Shown here: one piece after another, positions 10,348 to 23,857 of the stretch | How positions within the stretch are numbered: the first letter of the stretch is position 1 | Layout: every line of letters begins with the position of its first letter | Assembly: GCA_053919585.1 (NCBI GenBank) | Contig: JBSSHM010000269.1 | Source: Euprymna scolopes | Taxonomy: Eukaryota | DNA: 64,000 nt | Strand: one strand, 5' to 3' | Program-made: the position numbers and the translations under genes | The notes under the pieces: generated by a model | Databases searched by the model: none | Seen by the model: only the letters and a program-made list of their open reading frames with translations | What the model was told of the DNA's origin: nothing

Positions 10348-10926
10348 GTGAATAAAAAAATTAATATCTCTATTTTTATCTCTGGGCGAGGCAGTAATAT
10401 GGTAGCGTTAGTAGAAGCACTACAGACGCACCCAAAAGCTAATCTTTGTTGCATCATCGTAGATAATTATCAAGCAAAAGGAATTACTAAAGCTCAAGAG
10501 TTTGGCTTACCTACACATGTTGTGGAACGCTCTAAGTACGCCAACAAAACTGATTTTGAACAAAAAATCATGTGCCATCTTAAAAACTACCACATACACC
10601 TAATTCTCTTGGCAGGATTTATGCAACTACTTTCTGCTGATTTTATTCAACACTATCCTCACGTTCTTAATATACATCCCTCACTACTGCCCAAATACCC
10701 AGGACTAAACACCCATCAAAGAGCACTTGATGATAATGAAAGACAAGTAGGAGCTACTGTACACTGGGTCAATGAAGAAATGGATGCTGGAAAAATTATT
10801 GATCAATGCAAAATAGATGTTGAAGTTAATGATACTGCTTACAGCTTAGCCGAACGCCTTCTACCTAAAGAGCATCAACTGTATAAAGATGTAATTTTTA
10901 ATGTGTTAGAGGATTATAATTTATAG
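10348..10926 (+). CDS. purN: phosphoribosylglycinamide formyltransferase
   Basis: ISGRGSNM, LAGFM, NIHPSLLPKYPGL, GATVHWV..EMDAG. Confidence 0.96.
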   Translation: MNKKINISIFISGRGSNMVALVEALQTHPKANLCCIIVDNYQAKGITKAQEFGLPTHVVERSKYANKTDFEQKIMCHLKNYHIHLILLAGFMQLLSADFIQHYPHVLNIHPSLLPKYPGLNTHQRALDDNERQVGATVHWVNEEMDAGKIIDQCKIDVEVNDTAYSLAERLLPKEHQLYKDVIFNVLEDYNL

Positions 10927-10974
10927 GAATATCCTTTTATAAGTTATTAAGCAATATTATTACTGTAGTTATAT

Positions 10975-12291
10975 ATGAGTCATAAATATATTATTGAATC
11001 TGGTGGAACATTGCAAGGAGAAATTACCGTTCCTGGTGATAAATCTATTTCGCATCGAGCCTTAATGTTTGCCTCCATTGCCAAAGGAAATAGTTTAATC
11101 AATGGAATATTAAGAAGCTCTGATGTATTATGTACCCTTGCAGCAATGCGTGCCATTGGTGTACATGTGGAAGAAAGTACTGACGGCACCATGCTTGTAC
11201 ACGGTACACAGGAATTCCGTCAGCCACGTGAACCAATCTATCTTGGCAACTCAGGTACATCTATGCGTTTACTCAGCGGTCTTTTTGCAGGTTTAAATAT
11301 TCCTGTAGAGTTACACGGTGATGATTCCCTATCAAAACGTCCAATGAAACGTGTTGCTGATCCGTTATGTAGCATGGGGTTTATCGTCAAAACCTCCCCA
11401 GATGGTACTGCCCCAATTATCATAGAATCACGAGATCAGCAAGATACTATTGAGGACTTTAATTATTCTCTGCCCGTTGCTAGTGCCCAAATTAAGTCCA
11501 GTATATTAATTGCCTCATTATTTTCAAAAATTCGTACAACCATTGATGAACCATCAAAAAGCCGTAATCATACCGAGTTGATGTTAAGAGACTTTGGTGC
11601 GGATATTCGTATAAATGGAAAAGAAGTGACCATAGTAGGAGGTAGAGAACTTATTGCTCACGATATACAGGTTCCAAGTGATATTTCTTCAGCCGCATTT
11701 TTTATTGTTGCCGCAAGTATTATTCCAGGATCTGACATTACCCTTAAACGAGTAGGATTAAACCCAACTCGTGATGGCATTATTCACTTACTCAAACAAA
11801 TGAATGCAGACATTACCATTGAAAATAGACTACAAAGTGGCAGTGAAGCCATTGCAGACATTCGAGTACGCCATTCCCCCCTAAAGGGCATTACTATTAG
11901 TCCAGAGTATGTGGCTCTCGCTATTGATGAATTTCCCATATTATTTGTTGCAGCAGCTTGTGCCAAGGGAAAAACTAAGCTCCGCAATGCAGAAGAGTTA
12001 CGTAAAAAGGAGAGTGACCGAATCCATGTCATGGCAGAAGCTTTAGAAAAAATGAATATCAAAGTTACCGAATATGATGATGGTATAGATATTACTGGTG
12101 GGAAGCTGAAAACTCCAAATGAAGCGTTGTATAGTCATGATGACCACCGCATTGCCATGTCATTATCCGTTGCGGCAATGGCCACACAAACGGGCAATTT
12201 AACCTTAAATAACGTTGAAACAGTTGAGAGTTCTTTTCCTAATTTTCATCTACTCATGCAACAAGCAGGCATGAATATTACACTGAAATAA
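10975..12291 (+). CDS. aroA: EPSP synthase (class II type)
   Basis: PGDKSISHRA, GNSGTSMRL, ASAQIKS, KESDRI, DDHRIAM. Confidence 0.97.
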   Translation: MSHKYIIESGGTLQGEITVPGDKSISHRALMFASIAKGNSLINGILRSSDVLCTLAAMRAIGVHVEESTDGTMLVHGTQEFRQPREPIYLGNSGTSMRLLSGLFAGLNIPVELHGDDSLSKRPMKRVADPLCSMGFIVKTSPDGTAPIIIESRDQQDTIEDFNYSLPVASAQIKSSILIASLFSKIRTTIDEPSKSRNHTELMLRDFGADIRINGKEVTIVGGRELIAHDIQVPSDISSAAFFIVAASIIPGSDITLKRVGLNPTRDGIIHLLKQMNADITIENRLQSGSEAIADIRVRHSPLKGITISPEYVALAIDEFPILFVAAACAKGKTKLRNAEELRKKESDRIHVMAEALEKMNIKVTEYDDGIDITGGKLKTPNEALYSHDDHRIAMSLSVAAMATQTGNLTLNNVETVESSFPNFHLLMQQAGMNITLK

Positions 12292-12293
12292 GA

Positions 12294-12965
12294 GTGAGTG
12301 ATTCTGTTCCAATTTTAACCATTGATGGTCCAAGTGGCTCAGGAAAGGGAGCTACCTCCTCATTGATTGCACAAACATTACAATGGAATTTATTAGATAG
12401 TGGTAGTATTTATCGAGCTATTGCATGGCTAATGAATAAACAAAAAGATTATCAACATTATCTATCTAACGAAACAGAGCTATCAAACTTTGTTCAATCA
12501 AATTGTGCTGATTTTACTTTTCATCACTCTCATGTCTATCACCAACAACATGATATTACCCCCTATATTCGTACCGATAAAATTAGCTTACTAACCTCTA
12601 GAATTTCTCAAATTGCAAGTATTCGACAATCTATTTTGAAATTACAAAGAAATTTTGCCCAACCACCGGGCTTGGTTGCAGATGGAAGAGATATGGGTTC
12701 TGTTGTATTTCCTCATGCCCAATTCAAAATATTTCTTACTGCAGATGTAAACATACGAGCACAACGACGCTACCAACAACTCATAAATAATGACCAAAAT
12801 GTCAACTATGAAGAGGTGCTAGATGCCCTAAAAAAACGTGATAAGCAGGATAAAGAAAGAGAATTTGCTCCTTTAAAAATCCCTGAAAATGCCATAGTTG
12901 TTGATAATAGTAAACGAACTCTTGATGAAACAGTCAAATATATCATACAAATTATTCAATCATGA
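12294..12965 (+). CDS. cmk: cytidylate kinase
   Basis: IDGPSGSGKG, LDSGSIYR, LVADGRDMGSVVFP. Confidence 0.96.
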   Translation: MSDSVPILTIDGPSGSGKGATSSLIAQTLQWNLLDSGSIYRAIAWLMNKQKDYQHYLSNETELSNFVQSNCADFTFHHSHVYHQQHDITPYIRTDKISLLTSRISQIASIRQSILKLQRNFAQPPGLVADGRDMGSVVFPHAQFKIFLTADVNIRAQRRYQQLINNDQNVNYEEVLDALKKRDKQDKEREFAPLKIPENAIVVDNSKRTLDETVKYIIQIIQS

Positions 12966-14335
12966 ACATTATCATTCTTGGTGCAGGACGAGTGGGTTCT
13001 GTACTCGCAGAGCATTTAAACCAAGAAGAAGAAAATAATATTACGGTTGTTGATAATAATCGTGAGAGACTAGATTCCTTACTCAACCGTATTGACGTAC
13101 AAACCGTTTGGGGAGAAGCCTCATACCCTAAAACCCTATTAGATGCAGGGTGTGACAAATGTGACCTGATGATTGCCGTCTCAAGAACGGATGAGATGAA
13201 TATTCTTGCCTGCAAAATTGCTAATAAAATTAACTCTAATGCTACTAAAATTTGTCGTGTACGCTCTCAAGAATATTGGGATTACCGAGAAATGTTGGAC
13301 ACCGATAGCCATGGTAACAATACCATCGATAGTTTTATTAGTCCACAACGCTTGGTCACACGCTATATCGATCGCCTACTAGAAACTCCTGGTGCTCTGC
13401 AATCCTTACCTTTTGCCAATGGTCTACTCCGTCTAATTGTAGTAAAAACCCGCACAGGTGGCTTGCTAGTTGGCAAAAAAATACTGGAAATTACACATCA
13501 TTTACCCGAAGGAATTGATACCAGAATCGTTGCCATTTATCGCAAAAATAAAAGTATTCCTACTGATGGGAATGTGGTAATAAAAGAAAATGATGAAATA
13601 TTTTTCATTGCTGAAACTAAACACATTAAACACATGATGTGTGAACTCAGACGAACTGAAGAGCCTTATAAAAAGATAATTATCGCAGGTGGAGGAATAA
13701 TAGGATTCCGTCTAGCACAAGATTTAGAAAAAAAATCCTATTCGGTAAAACTTATCGAAAAAGACAAATATCGCCTAGAAGCTATCAACCCATTTCTATC
13801 TTCTAAAACAATAGCCTTATATGGAGATGCAACTAATCCAAAATTATTATTGGATGAACATATTAATGAAGCAGATACTTTTATTGCCGTAACAGACTCT
13901 GATGAATGTAATATTCTTAGTAGCATGCTAGCAAAATCGTTTAATACTAAAAAGGTCATGACCTTAGTCAATCGTCCTGAATATGTATCATTATTGGAAG
14001 ACAGTCAGATTGATGTGGCAATTTCTCCTGACCAGATAACCATCAGCAGCATTTTATCATATGTTCGCAGTGGAACAGCTAATGTCTATCCCTTACGCAA
14101 AGGCGTTGCTGAAGTACTGGAATTGATCATTCCTAAAAAATCACCAGCCATAGGAAAACGATTAGACGAACTTCCACTTGGAGAAGGTATCAATGTCGGT
14201 GCCATTATTCGTGATAAAACCAATTGTATTATTGCCCATCGACATATTGTTTGCGAAGTTAATGACCATGTCATTGTGTTTGTTATTAACCGAAAATTAA
14301 TTAAGAAAGTGAAAAAAGTGTTTGGCACAATCTAA
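12962..14335 (+). CDS. trkA: Trk K+ uptake NAD-binding subunit
   Basis: Two RCK units with GAGRVG and GGGIIG motifs, 457 aa. Confidence 0.94.
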   Translation: MNIIILGAGRVGSVLAEHLNQEEENNITVVDNNRERLDSLLNRIDVQTVWGEASYPKTLLDAGCDKCDLMIAVSRTDEMNILACKIANKINSNATKICRVRSQEYWDYREMLDTDSHGNNTIDSFISPQRLVTRYIDRLLETPGALQSLPFANGLLRLIVVKTRTGGLLVGKKILEITHHLPEGIDTRIVAIYRKNKSIPTDGNVVIKENDEIFFIAETKHIKHMMCELRRTEEPYKKIIIAGGGIIGFRLAQDLEKKSYSVKLIEKDKYRLEAINPFLSSKTIALYGDATNPKLLLDEHINEADTFIAVTDSDECNILSSMLAKSFNTKKVMTLVNRPEYVSLLEDSQIDVAISPDQITISSILSYVRSGTANVYPLRKGVAEVLELIIPKKSPAIGKRLDELPLGEGINVGAIIRDKTNCIIAHRHIVCEVNDHVIVFVINRKLIKKVKKVFGTI

Positions 14336-14344
14336 TAGTTATCT

Positions 14345-15838
14345 ATGGATGTTAGAGCAGTCAGTTCAATACTTGGTAAGTTATTAATGATTTATAGCTT
14401 ATCATTGCTACCACCGATTGGTATCAGTCTATTTGAGGTGGGTTCTCATAAAGATTTATTAGCTTTTATGACCACTGCCATACAATCATTATCTCTTGGA
14501 ATATTACTCTATATTTCCAGCTATATTAAAAAAAAACCTAACCTACCACGTGTTAAAGAAGGTTTTCTAATTGTTGTATTATATTGGATATCAATTGGTA
14601 TTATTGGATCAATACCCTTTATTCTTTCACCAGAGCTAAACTCAAAAATCACCCTAGTGGATGCCCTGTTTGAATCCTTTTCTGGTCTTACTACCACAGG
14701 TGCTACTGTAATCAATGATATCGATAGCCTTTCTTATGCCCTAAAATATTATCGCCAACAACTGCAATGGATAGGTGGCATGGGTATTGTGGTACTAGCT
14801 GTTGCCGTATTGCCCACACTAGGTGTAGGAGGTATGCAACTATACAAGGCAGAAATTGCCGGCCCCTTTAAAACAAATAAATTAGCCCCTCGTATATCCA
14901 TAGCCGCTCGTCGCCTTTGGTATATCTACTTAGTGCTTACTTTACTATGCTTTCTAGGATACTGGCTTGCTGGCATGAGTGTATTTGATGCCATTTCTCA
15001 TAGCTTTGCGACAATTTCAATTGGTGGTTTTTCAACCTATGATGCAAGCATCGGACACTTTAACAATTTAGGAATTGAAATTATTGCTATTGTGTTTATG
15101 GTTTTGGCTGGAATAAATTTTGCTCTACACTTCAGCTTATTCCAAAAATCATCAAAATCATTACTCATAAAATTCACTCCAAGCAATTATTTAAAAGAAG
15201 TTGAATGCAGGCTTTATTTTATTTTTCTATTCCTAGTATGTTTAACCACCATCATGATTTTATACTTTGAAAATTATTATTCAAGCATTGAAGAACTGCT
15301 TCGCTACGGAATTTTTCAAGCAGTTTCCATTTCTACTACTACAGGGTTTACTAGTGCAGATTGGACAGTTTGGCCTGTTGGTCTGCCTTTACTGCTTATA
15401 TTTTGTAGCTTTGTTGGAGGATGCTCTGGCTCCACAGCAGGAGGAATGAAAATTATTCGTTTTGTTATGATTTTTAAACAAGGTGCCAGAGAGGTCCTCT
15501 ATCTTATTCATCCTAATATGGTACGCTCTCTTATTATCAATAATCGTCCAGTAAGTGAACGAATGGTGAGTGGCGTATGGGGATTTTTCTCTATCTACCT
15601 ATTTACTTTTTGTACCCTACTCATCGCACTTTCACTCACTAATATTGACCCCTTAACAGCATTTAGTACTCTTGCTGCTTGCATCAACAATCTCGGTCCG
15701 GGATTAAATGAAGCCAGTCAACATTATCAATCACTTCCTGAATCTGGCAAACTTATTCTTGTTTTTGCCATGCTCGTAGGAAGACTAGAATTTTATACCC
15801 TACTCGTTATCCTCTCTCCTGCATTTTGGCGAACCTAA
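14345..15838 (+). CDS. trkH: Trk K+ uptake permease
   Basis: FESFSGLTTTGAT, QWIGGMGI, GGCSGSTAGGMK, NNLGPGL. Confidence 0.95.
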   Translation: MDVRAVSSILGKLLMIYSLSLLPPIGISLFEVGSHKDLLAFMTTAIQSLSLGILLYISSYIKKKPNLPRVKEGFLIVVLYWISIGIIGSIPFILSPELNSKITLVDALFESFSGLTTTGATVINDIDSLSYALKYYRQQLQWIGGMGIVVLAVAVLPTLGVGGMQLYKAEIAGPFKTNKLAPRISIAARRLWYIYLVLTLLCFLGYWLAGMSVFDAISHSFATISIGGFSTYDASIGHFNNLGIEIIAIVFMVLAGINFALHFSLFQKSSKSLLIKFTPSNYLKEVECRLYFIFLFLVCLTTIMILYFENYYSSIEELLRYGIFQAVSISTTTGFTSADWTVWPVGLPLLLIFCSFVGGCSGSTAGGMKIIRFVMIFKQGAREVLYLIHPNMVRSLIINNRPVSERMVSGVWGFFSIYLFTFCTLLIALSLTNIDPLTAFSTLAACINNLGPGLNEASQHYQSLPESGKLILVFAMLVGRLEFYTLLVILSPAFWRT

Positions 15839-15857
15839 AACCATATAAAAATGGAGG

Positions 15858-16835
15858 TTAATGTAAACTTTCAATCTGTCTGATCTCCTCTTCACTACCA
15901 ATCATCACCGGGGTTTTTTGATGAATATTGCTTACTGGCATATTCAATAAAGAACATTCACCATTCGTACTACCACCACCAGCCAACTCAGCAAGTAATG
16001 ACATTGGATTTGCCTCATAAAGTAGACGTATTTTTCCATTTAGATTACGTTTATCCCCGGGATAAATAAATACCCCTCCTCGCCTAAAAATCCGATACAT
16101 ATCTGCTACCATTGAACCTAACCAACGCATATTGTATACCTTAGCTCTTACCCCATCTTTTCCCTGTAAGCACTGATCAATATAGGTTCGTATTGGTTCA
16201 TTCCACACTGAGTAATTGGCAGCATTAATGGCATATTCATTTGTTTGTTTTGGACACTTGATTTTAGAACTAGTTTTTACCCACTGATAATTATCAAAAC
16301 GTAATTCAAACAAATTACCATACTCTAAATCTTCTTGATCCATTGTATTGATACCAATAATTGCTGTGGTTGCTGGACCATAAATAGCAAAGCCTGCTGC
16401 TATCTGATTTCTCCCTTTTTGTAAGAATTGCTCATTCATATCAACCAAATTTTCTTGCTTTTTCAAAATAGAGAAAATTGTACCCACACACATATTTACA
16501 TCAATATTAGAACTCCCATCCAACGGATCAAAACTCACTAAATACTCTCCTTCAGTATGAATGGCTATTGCATTCTCTTCTTCCTCTGAGGAAAGTGCAA
16601 AAATTAACGGGCAACTTTGCAATTTCTGTTTAACAATTTCATTAGCCAGTACATCTAATGGTTTCTGTTGCTCGCCAGAACTATTCGCAGTCGGAGCAGT
16701 GATATCTTTTCCAGTAATATCCGTATCACCCTTGCGAAGCAATTCACTAATCTCGCTACAAGCCTCTAGTAGTGCATCAATAATTTGTTTAATTTCCTTA
16801 TTCATTTGCTCTTTCATTATTTTATTTTCGACCAT
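15858..16835 (-). CDS. fbp: fructose-1,6-bisphosphatase class I
   Basis: GEQQKPLD, FDPLDGSSNIDVN, GKIRLLYEANPM. Confidence 0.95.
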   Translation of the reverse strand: MVENKIMKEQMNKEIKQIIDALLEACSEISELLRKGDTDITGKDITAPTANSSGEQQKPLDVLANEIVKQKLQSCPLIFALSSEEEENAIAIHTEGEYLVSFDPLDGSSNIDVNMCVGTIFSILKKQENLVDMNEQFLQKGRNQIAAGFAIYGPATTAIIGINTMDQEDLEYGNLFELRFDNYQWVKTSSKIKCPKQTNEYAINAANYSVWNEPIRTYIDQCLQGKDGVRAKVYNMRWLGSMVADMYRIFRRGGVFIYPGDKRNLNGKIRLLYEANPMSLLAELAGGGSTNGECSLLNMPVSNIHQKTPVMIGSEEEIRQIESLH

Positions 16836-18019
16836 TTATTTATCTCTTTTTGACTTATTTTTAATAATTTTTCACCAATAAAGTAGTAACGCCAACCAAA
16901 TAATAATAAATTATCATTTGGTTGCTGTAAAAAACTTAAAAGTAGCTTTTTACCAATCATGTTTTTACTCAGCAAAGGATCCTTTTCAATAATTGTATCA
17001 ACATATTTTTTTACATCAGCTATTATCTTACGCTGAATCTCTGTCACCACTCTTTTTGTTCCCACTTTAGGCTTACATAAACACTGCTTAACCTCTTCAT
17101 CAGAAAAACAACTAATACGGCAATGAATTTCTTGTATTTGCTTTTTTATAATTGGTGTCAGCATAGAAAATTTCTCTTGCTTACATTTCTTTGATCGTTT
17201 CTTTGCTTCTCCAGACTTTAATAAAAGAGTCAAATCATCCACTGCAACACACTCAAATAAAACATTATTTGTACATATCCATGTCACCGGACAATTTTTT
17301 TCCTGGGCATACCTTTCTCGCCACTCCACCAACTCCTGTAATAGCAGTTGCTTTTTAGGTGATAGCTTCTCATAACCCCAAATTTTTGATGCCAATTCTT
17401 TTAATGGTGTTTTTATCCTTGCCTTTCGCAAAGCCTCTGTGCTATCTTGCTCCATTGCTAATAACTGCTTAGCATCCAATTGCTTATGTATAGCAAGATA
17501 TACATAAGCAATATACTCCACATCTAATCTTGCATAAGCAATCTGCTGCTGAGTAAGTGGTCTTTGTCGCCAATCACTACACTGCTCTTGATTGCTTTTC
17601 TGACAATGAAGAATGGGTTCAATTAAACGACCTAAAGAAGGACTCTCTCCCAATCCATAATACACACCTGCATATTGAATATCCAAGACGCTATCTGGAA
17701 TTTTTTCACAATACTGATAAAAAATTTGCCAATCCTGACGTCCAGAATGAAAAATCAAGCGATGATGACTCACTAATTTTTGCAAAATATTTTTAACATC
17801 TTCATCAGAAAATGAATCGGATAAAACATCTATGACGACGCTACGCTGTTGATCAGCAATTTGTAGTAAACATAATTGTGGATAATAGGAACTTCGCCAA
17901 TAAAATTCCATATCCACAGCCAACCAATCAGATTGTATTAACTGCTCAACCATCTCATGAGCTTCAATGCTTTCCTCAATAAGATGAAATGAAATAGAAT
18001 ACTTATCAGAATGTGCCAC
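16817..18019 (-). CDS. rnd: ribonuclease D
   Basis: AVDMEF, YYPQLCLLQI, SDWRQRPL..QIAYARLDV, HRDC-like C-terminus. Confidence 0.9.
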   Translation of the reverse strand: MAHSDKYSISFHLIEESIEAHEMVEQLIQSDWLAVDMEFYWRSSYYPQLCLLQIADQQRSVVIDVLSDSFSDEDVKNILQKLVSHHRLIFHSGRQDWQIFYQYCEKIPDSVLDIQYAGVYYGLGESPSLGRLIEPILHCQKSNQEQCSDWRQRPLTQQQIAYARLDVEYIAYVYLAIHKQLDAKQLLAMEQDSTEALRKARIKTPLKELASKIWGYEKLSPKKQLLLQELVEWRERYAQEKNCPVTWICTNNVLFECVAVDDLTLLLKSGEAKKRSKKCKQEKFSMLTPIIKKQIQEIHCRISCFSDEEVKQCLCKPKVGTKRVVTEIQRKIIADVKKYVDTIIEKDPLLSKNMIGKKLLLSFLQQPNDNLLLFGWRYYFIGEKLLKISQKEINKWSKIK

Positions 18020-18029
18020 TACACAAAAT

Positions 18030-19121
18030 TCAGTCCTTATGGCGAGTGAGTTTGCTTAATGCATCCCATACTCTCTGTGCATCAAGAGATTGATAACAAG
18101 GAGGATACATACTTATCCCTGTCTTGACAACTGAAGTTGATGGGGAGTACTGACACTTATGACGCATACATGGTGAACAACTCAACGTACTTTGTAAACT
18201 ATTGCTCCTTTCACCTGTGGCTGAGGTAAGACTTGAATTAGTTGAGCCAAATAATGCCAATGTTGGAATTCCCATTGCCGCAGCAATATGAGCATAACCA
18301 CTATCCACAGCAATGACTCCCTCTGCCAAACGCATGATACTAACCGTTTGCCTAAGTGCTAATTTTGGTAAGATGTGTACCGTATCCTGAAAAGAAGCTT
18401 GAACTTGTTTAGCATAAGCAAGTTCAAGCTCACCATACCATGGCAACAATAATTTTCGACCATTTTTTTTAATAATTTTAATATAGTCATGCCAAAGTTC
18501 AATAGGCAGGTGCTTAGTTGCCCATGTCGTTGAATGCACTCCAACAATGTAGGGTGATGAAGGCGTATATTTTTCTATATTTTCATCTGGAAATTGGCAA
18601 TCATTTTGTGGAAATAATGGCTCATTAACATGCTTTGTAAACGTATAACCAAAGGCTCCAGCAAAAAGTTGACGCACTCGCCAAATAGCATGCTTATCCA
18701 AAGGAACTGAAATTTTTTGATGATAGAATAATGTGCAAAATTTTTCTGTTCGAATAGAATCTTTCGCTAAACCAACTATCTTAGCTTTTTTACCATGAAT
18801 ATTTTTATTAACAAATTTAGCTATTAAACTACTCTTTATCAAAGCTTGAGCATCAATAATCACGTCATACCTACGCTTATGCATAGAATGCAAAAAATCA
18901 CAAATTTCATCTTTTGACTGTCGAAGATTTTTTCGCCATCTACGAAAAGCAATAGGAATCGCTTCATTAACTCCCTTATGCCACTTAGGTACTTCAGCAA
19001 AACCCTCCTCAACCAACCAATCAAACTCAACATCAGGAAATTCACGTTTAAGATCCGAAACAGCTGGAAAACAATGAATCAAATCACCAAGTGAAGATTG
19101 TTTAATCAATAGCACTTTCAC
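18030..19121 (-). CDS. waaC: LPS heptosyltransferase I (GT9)
   Basis: MKVLLIKQSSLGDLIH..PAVSD, DWLVEEGFAEVPKWH, VDSGYAHIAAA. Confidence 0.9.
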   Translation of the reverse strand: MKVLLIKQSSLGDLIHCFPAVSDLKREFPDVEFDWLVEEGFAEVPKWHKGVNEAIPIAFRRWRKNLRQSKDEICDFLHSMHKRRYDVIIDAQALIKSSLIAKFVNKNIHGKKAKIVGLAKDSIRTEKFCTLFYHQKISVPLDKHAIWRVRQLFAGAFGYTFTKHVNEPLFPQNDCQFPDENIEKYTPSSPYIVGVHSTTWATKHLPIELWHDYIKIIKKNGRKLLLPWYGELELAYAKQVQASFQDTVHILPKLALRQTVSIMRLAEGVIAVDSGYAHIAAAMGIPTLALFGSTNSSLTSATGERSNSLQSTLSCSPCMRHKCQYSPSTSVVKTGISMYPPCYQSLDAQRVWDALSKLTRHKD

Positions 19122-19159
19122 TTTTATATTAGCTTATCAATAAAAAATCAAAACTTACC

Positions 19160-20955
<1,796 letters not shown>

Positions 20956-21157
20956 ATGTACGTAATAAAATAACTAGAATATAGAATTAAAAAAGAAAAA
21001 CTAAAATCCACTACCCACTAAGTTTGTGACTATATAACAATTTTATCTCACGTGAGAAAACATAACGAAATTATAAAAAATTAAAGCCCTGTAATAGGTA
21101 TGCACATTTTAGCAACAATGACATCATATGAGAAGATTGCTTCTAAATAGTCAATCT

Positions 21158-21666
<509 letters not shown>

Positions 21667-22271
21667 CTATGCTAGCTTGAATAACAATGAATACACATTA
21701 CCTTTAACCGCCTCCTTCACTACTCTCCAGTCTTTAGAACAATCTATTTTTTCCTTAATCAAAAGAGATTGATTTTTGGCACATTCTACATAAACTAAAC
21801 AATTCTTATCAATAGATGGTAATAATCGCTTAAAAATTTGCTCATAATAATTTTTTGCAAAAGCGGGTCTACAAAAATTATACTAAACCTAGATAACTCC
21901 TTCACCGAGCCATCTAACCAAAGCAATGCATCCTCATTAACCACCTGCATACTATCTTGGCATGCTAAATATCTACCATTATCTTCGATTTGTTTGGTAT
22001 AAAAAGATTGCTTTTCAACAAACACCACTTCATCAGCCCCACGTGATAATGATTCAAAACCTAACACCCCAGAGCCTGCAAATAAATCCAATACCCGAGC
22101 CTGCATAATGTCATAGCTTAGCCAATTAAATAATGCTTCGCGAATCCGACTACCACTTGGGCGCAACATCCCATGAGTAGACTTATTATCTGCATGAGAA
22201 AGCTGAAAATAAATTTTACGGCTACGATATTCCCCACCAATAATACGCAAAGAACTTGAAGAAGAAGGCAT
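21667..22271 (-). CDS. rsmD: 16S rRNA m2G966 methyltransferase (frameshift at the DPP motif near 21865)
   Basis: LRIIGGEYRSRK, LRPS..RIREALFNWL, LDLFAGSGVLGFESLSRGA. Confidence 0.92.
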
Positions 22272-22352
22272 ATTTATATCCTTAGTTTGGCTACACAAAA
22301 AAACCTATACACACCACTCTACACCAAAGTATACACATACAAAAATCCGTTT

Positions 22353-23840
22353 CTAATGCCTTCTTTCTGCTGATTTTTTAATCGCATGCTCAACAGTTGA
22401 TTGCTTCACTGTCTTACCGGCTGAAACAATCAATAACTTATTTGGATGAAAATGCTTCTTCCAAGCTTTTCTTACCTCCTCAGATGTTATCATCGCCAAG
22501 TGTTTATCAACCATACTCAAATAATTCACAGGCAAACCATAGAAGGCCATCATCGACAAATATCCTAATAATTCCTTATTACTATCAATCGTTAAGGCAA
22601 AACTTCCTCGTAAATACTGTACTGCCTCATTAATACGTTGATCCGTAAGATCATTCTCAAAATTCTCTACCACTTTTAAGGTTTGATTAATTGCTGCTTC
22701 AGCCGTCTGATTGGCAGTCTGCATATAGATAATCCATGGTCCTCCAGCAAGCATAGGCTGTATATAACTGCCAATGCTATATGCCCATCCTCTCTGCTCA
22801 CGAATTTCATCACCCAGCACAGATGTCAATGCTCCACCACCTAATACTTGATTTGCTATATACAAAGCAAGATAATCCGGATGCGAGCGTGGTAAACCCA
22901 ACTGTCCAATACGAATATGATTTTGATTAGTATTCACCTCTTGATGTTTACGCTGTGAAGCTACTAATGGTTTTGCCTGTGGTAATACTGGTAGTACTAA
23001 CGATGACTCTGGCAAACTCTTACTAATCAAAGTTGCTTTTTTATGTGCTTCATCCTCTGTCAAATCTCCCACCATCACTAACACTCCATTACGGGCAACA
23101 TAATACTTTTTATAAAAGTCCTGCAAGTTTTTACGCTTAATTTTTGATAAACTACTCAATGTCCCAGCTGGAGGTTTAGCATAAGGATAGCCTTTATACA
23201 AGGTCTCCCAAAACATCTTAGATACCACTTTATTTGGCAATTTTTTATTCCTTTCCAAACTGATTCGTCTATTTGCCACCACTCGCTCTAATCCCGATTG
23301 TGGGAATGCAGGAGCTTTGAGCATATCCGTTAGAATAGCAATGCCATGACTAAAATTATCGCCAGACAATGCACGCATTGAAATAATTGCCATATCACGA
23401 TGAGCAGAAAGTGATAAATTTACACCCATTGAATCTAGTTTCAAATCTAACTGTTCTTCATTCATCTCTTCAGTTCCATGTCTAATTAGCTCATTTGTTA
23501 GGCTTGCTAATCCTAAAAAGGCCGCAGGCTGAGCACTACCAGCTTTAAAAGTTAGCCGTACATCCACCACAGGCAGAGAATTATCTGGAAAAAACCACAC
23601 AACCAATCCCTCATCTGTTTTCCATGTTTGTGCAACAGGAAAAATACTCTTTTCTTTCTTTTCAATTTTCTTGATAACTTCCTTAGTTTTCTCTTTGTCT
23701 ACAGCCTCACCACTCACTTCCATTGGCATTGCTCCTTCAGATAACGGCATACGACCACCACATGCGACCACTACAGTACTCAACAATACCATTAATAAAA
23801 AACGCATCATCCTACTCATAAAAACTCCCTGCTTATTCAT
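22353..23840 (-). CDS. M16 peptidase family, non-catalytic subunit, lipoprotein signal
   Basis: VVVAC lipobox, no HxxEH, EIREQRGWAYSI motif. Confidence 0.85.
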   Translation of the reverse strand: MNKQGVFMSRMMRFLLMVLLSTVVVACGGRMPLSEGAMPMEVSGEAVDKEKTKEVIKKIEKKEKSIFPVAQTWKTDEGLVVWFFPDNSLPVVDVRLTFKAGSAQPAAFLGLASLTNELIRHGTEEMNEEQLDLKLDSMGVNLSLSAHRDMAIISMRALSGDNFSHGIAILTDMLKAPAFPQSGLERVVANRRISLERNKKLPNKVVSKMFWETLYKGYPYAKPPAGTLSSLSKIKRKNLQDFYKKYYVARNGVLVMVGDLTEDEAHKKATLISKSLPESSLVLPVLPQAKPLVASQRKHQEVNTNQNHIRIGQLGLPRSHPDYLALYIANQVLGGGALTSVLGDEIREQRGWAYSIGSYIQPMLAGGPWIIYMQTANQTAEAAINQTLKVVENFENDLTDQRINEAVQYLRGSFALTIDSNKELLGYLSMMAFYGLPVNYLSMVDKHLAMITSEEVRKAWKKHFHPNKLLIVSAGKTVKQSTVEHAIKKSAERRH

Positions 23841-23857
23841 ATCATCTATCTCCTGAA

